From the NCBI GenBank assembly GCA_964187785.1, contig OZ076409.1, positions 30,318,001-30,382,000 on the forward strand: a stretch of DNA of 64,000 bases. The letters run 5' to 3'. This document shows, piece after piece, positions 24,761 to 37,900 of this stretch (position 1 is the first letter of the stretch; every line of letters starts with the position of its first letter). The notes under the pieces are model-generated. The model ran no database searches. It saw only the letters and a list, made by a program, of their open reading frames with translations, and had not been told where the DNA came from. The position numbers and the translations under genes were made by a program. This DNA comes from Amphiscolops sp. MND2022. Its lineage: Eukaryota.

Positions 24761-25499
24761 CGAGAATTATGTGTATAATATTGAATAAGGTGTGTTTGGG
24801 GTAATATATAGATGTTGGAATTGTCTATTGTAAGTATACAAAAAGGAGTTTGCTTTAAAAACTGGAGTTAAAGAATGAGGTCTTTGTTTTTGTTTTAACC
24901 TTTTTTTTTAGACAATGGAAAGGACAGTGTCATCCTTTTGAGCTTGAAGCAAAGTAGGTAGTGTTAGGGATGTATCCGACGGGAGAAAGAAATTTTCAAA
25001 TGCTTTAGATTGAGCAAAAAAGGATGGGTCAAAGAATGGTAAAAATTGAGTAGATGTAGGTTTAATAGGGGTTTGGGTTATAGCATAAGTGTTAGTGGCG
25101 TTGATAACACTAGAGGAGGAATTAGTGATTTAGTTAGAATGTCTTGGAACAGGTGAATGTCATTGAAATTGTGGTATTGTATTTCAGCGAGAAGGGAGTG
25201 AAGTTCATGGATGTTTGTGAATCTTGTTTAGGGATTCGTTTAGTAACGGGATTGTCAGTTTCATATAAAACAGTTTCATTTAAAAAAGGATTTTCTTGGA
25301 GTAAAACTTTATTATATTTACTCTCTATAGGCGTTTCATATTTTTTTTGAAATGATGAGACAGATTTAAAAGAGAAAGAATCAAGAGGGGTATAATTAAC
25401 CAGTTTTCTTTTATCCTGGATACGAAGTGTAAATTGATCATCACCATAATCAACTAGGATGAGATGTGAATCATTTTTTGTGTAGGGAGTACATCTTCA

Positions 25500-27100
25500 T
25501 GTTTGACTTAACAATGACTTGGTTTTAAGGTATTATCACTTTTGAGTCGAAGAAAATCGATGTGTGGAGGAAGGGTTTTATGTTGGAGTTGGCATGTTTT
25601 ATTATTAATAGTTGAAAAGTCTCTACTGAGCATATCAGCAACAGTAAGGTTTGTACCATCTCTTTGGATAAATTGTAAGTTGGAGAATTTGGTTAGTAAC
25701 ATTTAAGCTTCATTTTGTCTGGGAGTGAGATTACCTTTATGGGTAAAAAGGAAAGAATGGGGTTGTGATCTGTGAAGATAGTTATTGGAAATTTGGGACC
25801 AATCACTATTAATTCATATTGAGAAATAGCAAAAGTAATGACACAGAGTTCTCTGTCATATGTAGAAAGTTTTTGTTCTTGAGTTGTTAAAATTCGAGAT
25901 TTGTAAGAGATTACTTGCATTTTATTATTGGAGTTATGTTGAAATAAAACTGCGCCTAGACCAATTAGGGAGGCATCAACGGTTATATTAAATGGGTGAG
26001 TAGTATTAGGAATAGCAAGTTCTGCAACTTTAGAAAGGGGGAGTTTAATTTGGTTAAAAAGTTTATCAAGATCAGGGGTCCATTCAGAGGAAACATCATC
26101 AAGGAGGAGCGGGTAAAAGGGTTTCAAAGAAATATGTAGTTTGTTAATAAATTTAGAGTAAAAGTTCATTGATCCGATAAAACGCATCAATTCGGTTTTA
26201 GAAGTTGGTGTTTTCAAGCTGTGTATGCCATCAACTTTAGAAGAGATGGGTATAATACTATTGTGGCCAATTTCATGTTCAAGAAATTTGACAGTGAAGA
26301 GAATATAAGATGATTTTTCAGGAGCAATTTTAAGATTGTTGGAGTGACAAATTTGATGTAACTGTTCGATAAAATCCAACATATGAGTTTTTGTATGGGC
26401 AAGAAGAAGAATATCAACGATGTAAACAAGAGAAAACCTTGATCAATGAGTTTTTGAAAAAAGGAATACATTTGTTTTGTGAAAAAGTTGGGCAGACCTT
26501 TAAGGCCATAAAAACCTCGGGTAAAGGCACAAAGTTTATCTCCAGATGAGAAACTAGTTAATGTTATGGTTTCTTCATCTAAGGGGGCATAAGCATAAGC
26601 GTACATTAAATCAATAGCTGATTTAAATTTTTTGGTAACGCGTGCAATTTGAGGAGCTAAAAGTTCAATAGGCCAAGATTCAAAAGATTGATCAGTGTTA
26701 GAGGTTAGATGTCTTGCATCCAGGACAACTTTAATAGTATCTCCTTTGGGGACAATAATGAGGAGATATAAAAAGGTGGTACCATAAATGGTATTATCAG
26801 ACGGAGTAGAATCATTTTGGCGAAAAATATTGTGTTTTTCTAATTCATCGAGGAGTTTTTTGAGTTTTTCTCTATAATGGATAGGGACTTTGGTAGGTCT
26901 TAGGGTTTGGCGTTTAGCATTAGGTTTGAGGCGAATTCGAAAAGGAGTAGCTATTTGACCAACGTAATTTTTGTGTGTTCCATAGCAATTTCGGTATTTA
27001 ACAAGAATGGAGCATAGTTTTAAGTATTCATCATCAGTTACATCAGAATATTCAAAATTTAATTTTATTGAGGAATTGTTGAGTATCAGGTGATTATGGC
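25500..27100 (-). pseudogene. pol: A2 reverse transcriptase and RNase H
   Basis: PLDEETITLTSF..GFYGLKGLPNFF, LVYIVDIL (YIDD with D>V), VDASLIGLGAVLFQ, QKLSTYDRELCVI, TDHNPIL, ADMLSR. Confidence 0.95.
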
Positions 27101-27661
27101 AGTGAGGGAAGAAGACGGATTAAAATTTCAGATGGTTGTAAATTATGAATTTCCACATTAGGTTTACCAAGGGAAGAACGACGAAGGGGAGGTTTTGGTT
27201 CAGATAAATATAGGTAATATGAATGAAATACAGTGTTTTTTAAAAAGTTTACATCATTAACTTTGTAGTGGAGAGTTTTAATATTAGTTGCGGGGACATC
27301 GATGTATCCGATGTATCCGGGGTTGAGAATGGCAGAATGATGAGTGATATTTTGAATAATAACGAAACAACTATTAGGTTCAGTTTTGTTATTTTGATAT
27401 ACTTGGAGAAAATTAAAGGTAGAATTGAAACGTGTATTAAAGAATGGGTGAGGTGTAAAAGGAAATGTAACTTCGTTATCAGAAGTTTGAAAAATTAAAG
27501 GAAGAGTTGGTTGAATTGGAAAATGGATAACTTGAGATGCATTTGGTTTAAAGTAGATTTTATTTTCAACTTTGATGGTGTATATATAACAGAAATATGG
27601 GTAATCTTTTTCTTTACGAGCTGTAAAAGGAAAATGATTCACACGAGATTCATGAAGAGTG

Positions 27662-28120
27662 TTAAATGTAAGAGACATTTTCATTATTTAGGGTTTTAAC
27701 ATACTTCTCAAAAAAAGGAGTTCCAAGAATATTGTATTTGATGTTTGCTACTGCAGAAGGAATAACAAGTGTGCGAGTACTTCCAGGAATAGAAGTGTGA
27801 AGGGTGAGGGTGACATTGTGTAATATAGGTACTTCAGTTTTATTAGCGACAGTTAAAGTTTTGAATTCATCGTTATGAGGAGAAGTTTTTGAACATTTTA
27901 GAAAGTGATCGGCTAAAATCGTAAAGGTGGGTAAGTTTAAAGCACAGATAAATGCACCACTATAAAGTAAAAATAGGAGTTCTAGTTTGGAAGGGAGCAA
28001 AGTATCTTCAATGGGTTTGAAATTATATAAATTAACAAACCAAGTTGAAGATGTAATAGCGTTAGCATGTTCAGTGGAGAGTGAGGAATATTGTGATGAA
28101 GAAGTAGTGGGGTGGTACAT
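27662..28120 (-). pseudogene. pol: A2 aspartic protease
   Basis: LFLLYSGAFICAL (DSG with D>Y) and NILGTPFF flap motif. Lies upstream of RT in Gypsy order. Confidence 0.85.
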
Positions 28121-28329
28121 ATTAGTTTCAAATTTGGGTTCTGTAGGGGAATTACTTTGAAGAGGTAGTGTAGATGGGTGAGTAAGATTAATAGAAGGTT
28201 TTTATTTAAAATTAGAGTAGTTTTTTTGAGTTTGAATGTGATCTACTGTGGTAGCAATCATTACGTGGTTTAGAAGGAGGGCGGTAAGGAGAGTTGTTGT
28301 ATCGTTTAAAAGAGGCGTTATTATGACAA

Positions 28330-28728
28330 GCTAAGCGTTCACGAGAATAATATTTCGATGGACTACGAGAAGTGGTGGAATTATGATATGGACGTGAAGA
28401 AGAAGAATATGATTTGAGGGGGATTGGTGATATTGTCTGTCATGTCTAGATCGATTACGTAGGAAGAATAATTATGATTTATCATTGTAAGATTTATCAT
28501 TGTATCTAGGACGAGAATGTGAGCGCGAGTGAGAACGAGATTTATATCTGGTATCACGGGAAGATCTACGGTAAGAGTTACTGTTACTTCTATTACGGTA
28601 GCGTGAATATTGAGGTTTATTGGAAGGTGTCCTAAAAGGTTGATAAAAGGAAGGAGTTGGAATCGAGATTGTGGTTTAGATTCTTTAGGCATATTGAGTT
28701 TACGGAAGCAGGTTGAAACAGAGTGACC
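28330..28728 (-). pseudogene. gag: A2 gag 3' end (second half of zinc knuckle, R/S-rich tail)
   Basis: GHSVSTCFRKLNMPKES... followed by R/S/Y-rich low-complexity sequence. Confidence 0.75.
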
Positions 28729-29330
28729 TTTTCTCTTATCTAAACTTTACTAAAACTTTCACTTGTTCTTTTTTCACGAACTTGACAAAAAAATTTAACT
28801 ACTTTAACTTTTTATCAAAATACAATGATCTCTTTTCTTCTCAAAATCGTCCTCTTATTTCCTTTTCCATTTTTCATTTGGCATTTGAATCTCTCTCCGG
28901 TGCACTTGTTTTAAAAAGTATCATTTACTCTACCAGAGTAACACATCTTGAAATATCTCACAAAACAAACTTTCAACTCTAAAAAAATTTCAATTTCCAA
29001 TTGCCCCGTTCAAACTTCGGAGTCAATTCATAAATACTTCTTGGATTGTCTCATCTTTCATTTTTCTGGCTGCTTCTTTTAAAGCCAAAACAAGAAAATT
29101 GCTCCCTCGTTTAACACTTTGAGCCAGTGTTTATAAACATTACGGATTCCACAACATTGGAACTTTCTTCCTAATTGCAAAAACTTCCACTTTTGCTCTA
29201 TCTCTGTACGCTCTCTTCTCTCAATAAATCCACAACATCCTCCATCTACAAATTAAACTGACACACACAATATTAACATAAAATAACAGAAAATGAACAA
29301 TATTTTGTTTCAATTCTCAAAATCTACATA

Positions 29331-30250
29331 ATGACTTCTCCTTATCCTTGTTCCACAGTGGCATATCATCTTCTTAACCAACACTTGGATTCTCTCATGC
29401 CTCTTCCAGTCTCCTCTACAGCATCCACATTCACTCTGACATCAATGCCCGTCTCTTCTTGTGATACTGCAACCACCATTACATCGCTGCCTGTCTCATC
29501 TGCAACCGCCACTACATCCACTTCCACTTTGCCGCCCATCTCTTCTTTGATGACTGCAGCTGTACAACCTTTTCTTCACCCATTCACTCATCTTCTTCTC
29601 TTCTAATCTTCCTCTGTCTTCATCTAACACTGCAGTTCTTCCTTTTCTGCCGCAAAATGCTGTCGCCACTTCTCCCCATTTACAACAGTATTCTGCCGTC
29701 CGTCAGCTCACCCACGATTTGCAACAAAGAAAGCCCCGCCATCCAAAACGTTCACAACTACCCCAGGTGAAGCTGGTACACCCGTCCGCAGAATCGCCTC
29801 ACTGCTGTATATAAACAGAAACTCCATCAATATAACCACACTTTAAAACTCTATGAAGATCATTTAGACGAATTATTAAAACAAACAACTGCCGAACTTG
29901 ATAAAATTGTTACTAATGTCGATTCTATTGTTACTGAATTGCAACCACCCTCTATTTCAAAATTACGCAATTTTATATCTGCATATAAAATCCCTCATTT
30001 ACCCGCTCTCCGTATTCAAATCCCGTCACATAATTCACATAATTGCTTCAATTATCTCCAGTGCTATTCCCCTCATTGTTCTCACGTGCCATTTAAATAT
30101 TCTATAATTTCTCCATTTCCGGCAGCCCCCTCTTCCCTCGCTTTTATCCCCATTAGAATTGAACCCATTACACCCTCCAATCTACCTAACCCCCCTACTC
30201 CTTTAAATGATCTCGAAATTTTAGTTTCTTCCCTGAATGATATTGATTAA
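29331..30250 (+). pseudogene. A2 accessory ORF Z (MTSPYP...; T/S-rich, basic patch, coiled coil, Cys/His cluster)
   Basis: Homologue at 38777-39713 in A1. Both end LNDLEILVSSLNDID*. Confidence 0.65.
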
Positions 30251-31022
30251 TCATATACAATGTACATTTTTTAAAATTTTCTGAAAAAATTTCCCCCATT
30301 TGCCCTCTCCTTTTAAGTTAAACCTCCTCCCACCCATATATCTATTTTATTCTCTTCACACCCTATTTTCATGCCGTAATAATCTTTTTCTTTGACACAG
30401 AAGATTAAGACTTAGTTGAAGCGAAACCTGAGAATCTTTGTCTTTTCGCTTAGACTTCATCTGGTCAATCAGGCTGCCATTTCTTGTCATATTTCCTGCT
30501 TTCTTCGCTTGTCACTCACTTCTCAAAAATTCTTTTCACTGGCTCGGATAAAAACAGACTTTAGAATAGGTGAAACAATTACTAATGAACATGAACATGT
30601 GAAAATGAAAACTGAACATATACTATCTTGAAACAATTCAAAAAAATTTTTTCCTTTCTCAACATCTAAAAACGTTTCTATCTCAACCCTTTGATTAGTA
30701 TACTTCGAAAAACTTCAACTTCAATGTCGCCCACGTTAAAAATCCCATATTGCCCGAATCTCACGATCGGAAAGAATTAAGACAACTACATAAAAAAGGC
30801 AACTGAACCGAAAATTGTGTTTTCACAAATTCTGAAGATTTTTTCAAATTTAAAACAACTCCTATTACATTAATTATTGAAACCACCTTCCAACATTATA
30901 AACTGAACTCCAAATTCAATTTTTTAAAAAGAAACTCCATGTTCAAAATTTTACACCAATAATCTTTTAAAAGATACCTCAGTTTGATCTATAAAATATT
31001 TTCTTTTCAAAACCCGGTCGGA

Positions 31023-31359
31023 TTGTATACCCACCAATTCCTAATAATTTCCCACTCCATTGATAAATGTCTAGACTTCAGATTACTGAACAATGCATCC
31101 TTAATGATTGTATCTGATTTATATTCCCGACGTATCTTAAATTAATGTACCTACTTTGTATTCAATACTATAACTTCGTACTGTAAAATTATTTTGATTT
31201 GTACTACAAAAACAATGCTAAATTGATTCTTAATCGCTCAGTTGTCTTCCCATTTCTAGACCTAATATCTGCAGCTCTATTAGTGTCTCTTAAAGTACTA
31301 AGTCCCCAAATCTCAAACAAAGATTCTATCCTAACTTACCAACAACAACAAGTACTTTA
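31023..31359 (+). repeat. A2 3' LTR
   Basis: 337-bp match to 13446-13782. Ends agtacttta, and A1 env resumes immediately. Confidence 0.92.
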
Positions 31360-31644
31360 TCCTGTTATATTTTAACTCAATGTGGAAAATACTTTTCTAC
31401 TGCTCTCTTCCTACAGTTTGCTTACAACACACTTCTCAGTATTTATCGTTAGTTTACTGTCAAAAATCTCCTCAAAAGGCAAATCTCTTTAATCTCCGCA
31501 CTTGGATTTGTTTTTTTTTGGCACCATCACTCAAACTATTATGACTGCGATGAATAAATCGTCTGATTCACATTCATATTCTGAAGAGTTTGATTCTCCT
31601 CAACCTCCACCTTCTAATTCTCACACCAAATTTTCATACTCAAA

Positions 31645-33410
31645 ACCCAAATCTCCTAACAATCAACCGAATAATAAATCGTCGAAACTTCTTAGTTTAA
31701 AAAATAAACACCTCATGCTTAGATCTTCTCCTACTAAACCTCTTCCTTCTTCTATTACCCAATCTTACCCTATTAGTAACACTCCTCCAGTACATGAAAA
31801 TTGTTCCCCTCCACCTCCTAATAACAAAGTACATATTACTCCTCATTATAATCTTTCTCCTTGTCACTCCCAATCACCTCCATTATCTTCCCCTCCATAT
31901 TTTCATAAATCTCCTCTTCCTGATGATACTAGTTGTGGCAATTCCTCTAATGATTCCCCCAAACACAATGTATGACTATCAACCAAAACCTATCCCCCTA
32001 CTCCACCCACCAATTAGAACTATTGACATTCCGTTACCATCTGTCGATAGTATCTTCGATCAATCTAAAAGTCCTGTCAAAATCTATTCGTCCTGTCGTT
32101 TCCCACCTGAATAATAATAATTTCGTTTTTATTAACATTTTTTCCTCTGAATATTATTAATTTCTCTCTTCTGCATATTAATAATATAACTCCGATTCAT
32201 TTTTCTTACCTCGATTTCCATCGTTCTTGCCTCTCGCTTAGTTTCTCTTTTCTTCATCCACATTCTTTTTAAATACTTTTCGAGCTTTTTCTTCTGTAAC
32301 CTCATATAATTTTTTCTACACCTCACACATCATCATCTAATCTTCACTCTTATACTCACAAATTCCTATATCTCTTTGTACATTTTGTACTCTATAATCA
32401 ATTTGGCAACTTCAAATCCCGACGAAGAACTTCTTTAAGTATTGCTTCTTCATCACCTCCTCTTTCCCTAAAATCCGGAACTCTTGATTTACCTAACGTG
32501 TCTGATCCACTTCCTCTTGAAATTAATCATACCCAAATCTCCTAACAATCAACTGAATATTAAATCGCCGAAACTTCTTAGTTTAAAAAATAGAAACCTC
32601 ATGATAGATCTTCTCCTACTAAACCTCTTCCTTCCTCTAATACTCAATCTTACCCTTTTAGTCACACTCCTCCAGTACTTGAAAAGTGTTCACCTCCAAC
32701 TCTTATTTATAATTCACATATTACTCCTCATATTAATCTTTCTCTTCGCCACTCCCAATCACCTCCATTATTTTTCCCTCCATATTCCGATATTTCTCCT
32801 CTTCCTGATGATACTAATTGTGACAACTCCTCTAATGATTCCCCCAAACACAATTTATGACTATCAATCAAAACTTATCCCCCTACTTCACCACCAATTA
32901 AAACTAATGACATTCCGTTAACATCTGTCAATAGTATCTTAGATCAATCTGAAAGTCCTGTCAAAACCTGTTCTTCTTGTCGTTTCCCTCCTGAATAAAA
33001 ATAATTTCGTTTTTATTAACATTTTTTCTTCTGAATATTATAAATTTCTCTCTTCTGCATATTATTAATTTAACTCCGATTCATTTTTCTTACCTCGCTT
33101 TCCATCGTTCTTGCCTCTCGCTTAGTTTCTCTTTTCTTCATCCACATTCTTTTTAAATACTTTTCGAGCTTTTTCTTCTGTAATCTCATATAATTTTTTC
33201 TACACCTCACACATCATCATCTAATGTTCACTCTTATACTCACAAATTCCTATATCTCTTTGTAAATTTTGTACATTATAATCAAAATGGCAACTTCAAA
33301 TCCCGACAAAGAACTTCTTCAAGTATTGCTTCTTCATCACTTCCTCTTTCCCTAAAATCCAGAACTCTTGATTTACCTAACGTGTCTGATCCTCTTCCTC
33401 TTGAAATTAA
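31645..33410 (+). repeat. About 882-bp direct duplication (env tail + spacer + start of ORF X) in A1
   Basis: ORF X start occurs at 32405 (TTG, truncated) and 33287 (ATG). Chimeric junction ttgaaattaatc|atacccaaatc at about 32527. Confidence 0.85.
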
Positions 33411-34791
33411 TCCTACACCTGAACCAACTTTAAATGTCATTCCCTGTACTACTCAAACTTCCAATATCTATACTCAACCCCTCTCATCCACACTCAAAAC
33501 TCGCCACTCTCCCAGTCCTCCTCCAAATAATCTTCAAATCACCATCGATAAGCATCCCATTCCTCCGAAAAAGAAATATAATATTCTCGGAGATCCTGCA
33601 TTTTTTGACTCCGGTATTCTTCCTCCCACTTTTCATCCTCTAAAAACTCCCTCGCAAACCAATACCATGTCTGATGAATTTCTTCGTACTCATCTTAGTT
33701 TTAAAGCTAATCTCTCTTCTCTTTACAAGAGTCCCACTCAAAATGAATTCTGTTTTCCTCAAGAACGTAATTTTGATCACTATATTGCTTATGCATCTTA
33801 AAGTTTAGAACAACTCTCTTTTTGACAAGCTAAACGAATACGCTTCTTCCAATTTCAATTTAACTTTTTAAAACCTACTCAACATTACCTTATTACTAAT
33901 CCAAACGATATCACTACTACTCCTTCTGTGAAAAAAAACTTCATTGCCAAACTTATCATCTCTTTCTCGAACAAAAACATCCTCAAAAATTTTTTATTCA
34001 AAACCATAAATTCACATCACTTTTTTCTTATCACTCTCATTATTCTTTAAACCATTTCTTCACTATTGGAACAATCCGAAACTATGAACATGTCATACAA
34101 TATTACGTCCTCACCACTTATCATGATCCTACTTACCCTCTGTTCGTCCCTCAAGAAGCTCTTAACTTAAATGATGACTTTTTACTTCCCGCCCATATTC
34201 CTACCGCTATTCTTAATTTCTTTCCGAAATGAATAAATTAGTCGAAACCCCATTAGAAGATCATTCTCGTTCTCTGTATACTGCTCTTGTTCATAAACAT
34301 TATTCTCTCGCCCAACTCAACCTTATTTTCGCTAAACTCTCTTCGTTTATATTAAACAAGCAATACAATTATTTTCCTTTAGCAAATAATATTTCTGATG
34401 AAATCTTTCAACCTCTACCCAAACATGTCCTCCGACTACTATTTCTGAAATTTCTACTGTTCCTCCTCCTACCTTCATTCACCCGCCTTATTCTTCTTAT
34501 ATACTCCAAACTGCAAATCCCAATGTGTGTATAAACTCCTTCTCCTGTCCTACGGACAAATTTGTTAGCGAACTCCTCGCCCTTCTTCGTCCTCATGTTG
34601 AACTCGCTCCAAATACTGATCCTTTCGTCATCCTCACACATATTTTTGAAATTTACCGTACTCTTCAATCTCTCTTTCAACCCCATTCAACTGATATTCA
34701 AAATTCAACACTCTCTACCATTCACGTCAATGATTTTCTTAAAAAACTTGTTTTACTCGAAACTGCTCCTCAGCTTAATTCTTCAACCTAA
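33287..34791 (+). pseudogene. A1 accessory ORFs X (33287-34232) and Y (34229-34791)
   Basis: Homologous to A2 ORFs X and Y. X stop overlaps Y start (ATGA). Confidence 0.7.
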
Positions 34792-34994
34792 ATTCTCTTC
34801 TCATTTCTTTTTCAAACCTCTCTCCCATCTATAAATTTATCTTTCTTCCATAAGGTTGCAACCCTTTTTACCACAAAAATTTTAATCAAAAACCTCCATA
34901 AATATCTTTGAAAATTCAACCACCCATCATATTTTTTAGATAAAATTTTCACACATCCCGAAAATCTTTTAACATTAACCCCTTACAATCATTA

Positions 34995-37900
34995 AAACCC
35001 CCTCCCCACACAAAAAATTTCACTTCATCTTTATCAATTGTTTCATTCTTATCCAATTTCGTGTTAAATTTCATTCCTTCTCCTTTTGTTCATACGACAA
35101 GTCTTAACTGACATCTATGAAAATTACTAATCTCACTTCTTCATTTTGATAATTTTTTTCTTTTCTCCTATTCTCTAATGTCAACATTTCCTCCTATCTC
35201 CATTTTATCACAACTTTCACTTGTTCTCATTTCATGAAAATGAAAAAAAACTCAAATTAATTTAACATTTTATCAAAAAACATAATGCATTCTTTTTTGC
35301 ACCAAAATCATCCTCCTATTTCTTTTTCTCGTTTTTCACTGGCATTTGAAACTCTCTCCAGTCCACTGGTACTAAAAGTATCAATTACTTTTAAACAAAT
35401 TATACTCTCATTGAGTATTAATTGTCGAATTTTCTCCAGAATTTCAACTTCAATCACAGAAATTTGCGATTTTCTACAAAAATTGCCTCGTCGAAATCCT
35501 GGAGCCAATCCATAAAACATCTTGGATTTCATAATCCTTCAGTCTTCTCGCTATTTCCTTTAAAGTAAATTAAAAGAATTGTTCAACATTTTAATTCTTT
35601 GGACCACTTTGTATAAACATTGCGGATTCCACACTACTGGAATTGTTTTGCCACCTCTTATTTATAATTCACATATTACTCCTCATATTAATCTTTCTCT
35701 TCGCCACTCCCAATCACCTCCATTATTTTTCCCTCCATATTCCGATATTTCTCCTCTTCCTGATGATACTAATTGTGACAACTCCTCTAATGATTCCCCC
35801 AAACACAATGTATGACTATCAATCAAAACTTATCCCCCTACTCCACCACCGAATAAAACTAATGACATTCCGTTAACATCTGTCAATAGTATCTTAGATC
35901 AATCTGAAAGTCCTGTCAAAACCTGTTCTTCTTGTCATTTCCCCCCTGAGTAAAAATAATTTCGTTTTTATTAACATTTTTTCTTCTGAATATTATAAAT
36001 TTCTCTCTTCTGCATATTAATAATTTAACTCCGATTCATTTTTCTTACCTCGATTTCCATCGTTCTCGCCTCTCGCTTAGTTTCTCTTTTCTTCATCCAC
36101 ATTCTTTTTAATTACTTTTCGAGCTTTTTCTTCTGTAACCTCATATAATTTTTTCTACACCTCACACATCATCATCTAATCTTCACTCTTATACTCACAA
36201 ATTCCTATATCTCTTTGTACATTTTGTACTCTATAATCAATTTGGCAACTTCAAATCCCGACGAAGAACTTCTCTCAAATATTGCTTCTTCATCACCTCC
36301 TCTTTCCCTAAAATCCGGAACTCTTGATTTACCTAACGTGTCTGATACACTTCCTCTTGAAATTAATCATACCCAAATCTCCTAACAATCAACCGAATAT
36401 TAAATCGTCGAAACTTCTTAGTTTAAAAAATAAAAACCTCATGCTTAGATCTTCTCCTACTAAAACTACTTTAAAACCCCCTCCCCACAAAAAAGTTTCA
36501 CTTCCTCTTTATCAATTGTTTCATTCTTATCCAATTTCGTGTTAAATTTCATTCCTTCTCCTTTTGTTCATACGACAAGTCTTAACTGACATCTATGAAA
36601 ATTACTAATCTCACTTCTTAATTTTGATAATTTTTTTCTTTTCTCCTATTCTCTAATGTCAACATTTCCTCCTATCTCCATTTTATCACAACTTTCACTT
36701 GTTCTCATTTCATGAAAATGAAAAAAAACTCAAATTAATTTAACATTTTATCAAAAAACATAATGCATTCTTTTTTGCACCAAAATCATCCTCCTATTTC
36801 TTTTTCTCGTTTTTCACTGGCATTTGAAACTCTCTCCAGTCCACTGGTACTAAAAGTATCAATTACTTTTAAACAAATTATACTCTCATTGAGTATTAAT
36901 TGTCGAATTTTCTCCAGAATTTCAACTTCAATCACAGAAATTTGCGATTTTCTACAAAAATTGCCTCGTCGAAATCCTGGAGCCAATCCATAAAACATCT
37001 TGGATTTCATAATCCTTCAGTCTTCTCGCTATTTCCTTTAAAGTAAATTAAAAGAATTGTTCAACATTTTAATTCTTTGGACCACTTTGTATAAACATTG
37101 CGGATTCCACACTACTGGAATTGTTTTGCCACCTCTTATTTATAATTCACATATTACTCCTCATATTAATCTTTCTCTTCGCCACTCCCAATCACCTCCA
37201 TTATTTTTCCCTCCATATTCCGATATTTCTCCTCTTCCTGATGATACTAATTGTGACAACTCCTCTAATGATTCCCCCAAACACAATGTATGACTATCAA
37301 TCAAAACTTATCCCCCTACTCCACCACCGAATAAAACTAATGACATTCCGTTAACATCTGTCAATAGTATCTTAGATCAATCTGAAAGTCCTGTCAAAAC
37401 CTGTTCTTCTTGTCATTTCCCCCCTGAGTAAAAATAATTTCGTTTTTATTAACATTTTTTCTTCTGAATATTATAAATTTCTCTCTTCTGCATATTAATA
37501 ATTTAACTCCGATTCATTTTTCTCACCTCGATTTCCATCGTTCTCGCCTCTCGCTTAGTTTCTCTTTTCTTCATCCACATTCTTTTTAATTACTTTTCGA
37601 GCTTTTTCTTCTGTAACCTCATATAATTTTTTCTACACCTCACACATCATCATCTAATCTTCACTCTTATACTAACAAATTCCTATATCTCTTTGTACAT
37701 TTTGTACTCTATAATCAATTTGGCAACTTCAAATCCCGACGAAGAACTTCTCTCAAATATTGCTTCTTCATCACCTCCTCTTTCCCTAAAATCCGGAACT
37801 CTTGATTTACCTAACGTGTCTGATACACTTCCTCTTGAAATTAATCATACCCAAATCTCCTAACAATCAACCGAATATTAAATCGTCGAAACTTCTTAGT

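Larger units (their letters stand above)
16869..28728 (-). other. 11.86-kb inversion internal to A2
   Basis: Re-inverting restores gag (C..CHKK|GHSVSTC) and the 3' spacer (catttcgatta|ttttctcttatc, colinear with A1 at about 35170-35210). A4/T4 microhomology at 16865-68 and 28729-32. Base skew flips at both ends. Confidence 0.92.
13446..31359 (+). mobile_element. Gypsy family A, copy A2: full-length 17.9-kb LTR retrotransposon / endogenous-retrovirus-like element with internal inversion
   Basis: Bounded by two 337-bp direct repeats, with a PBS after the first. Flanks tccct (13441-45) and tcctg (31360-64) form a degenerate TSD in the A1 env. Contains gag, PR-RT-RH-IN, env and extra ORFs. Confidence 0.92.

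Noticed and set aside
9806-31359. Classifying family A as BEL/Pao because chuvirus-type env is known from Anakin elements
   Set aside because: RT YIDD-type motif, Gypsy-like RNase H, HHCC/GPY-F integrase and a single CCHC knuckle fit Ty3/Gypsy.
31972-32160. Separate ORF starting at an ATGA overlap with the env stop (MTINQNL...)
   Set aside because: Open only in the copy with a 1-nt insertion. In the other four copies this frame closes early, while the env frame stays open (see readthrough finding).
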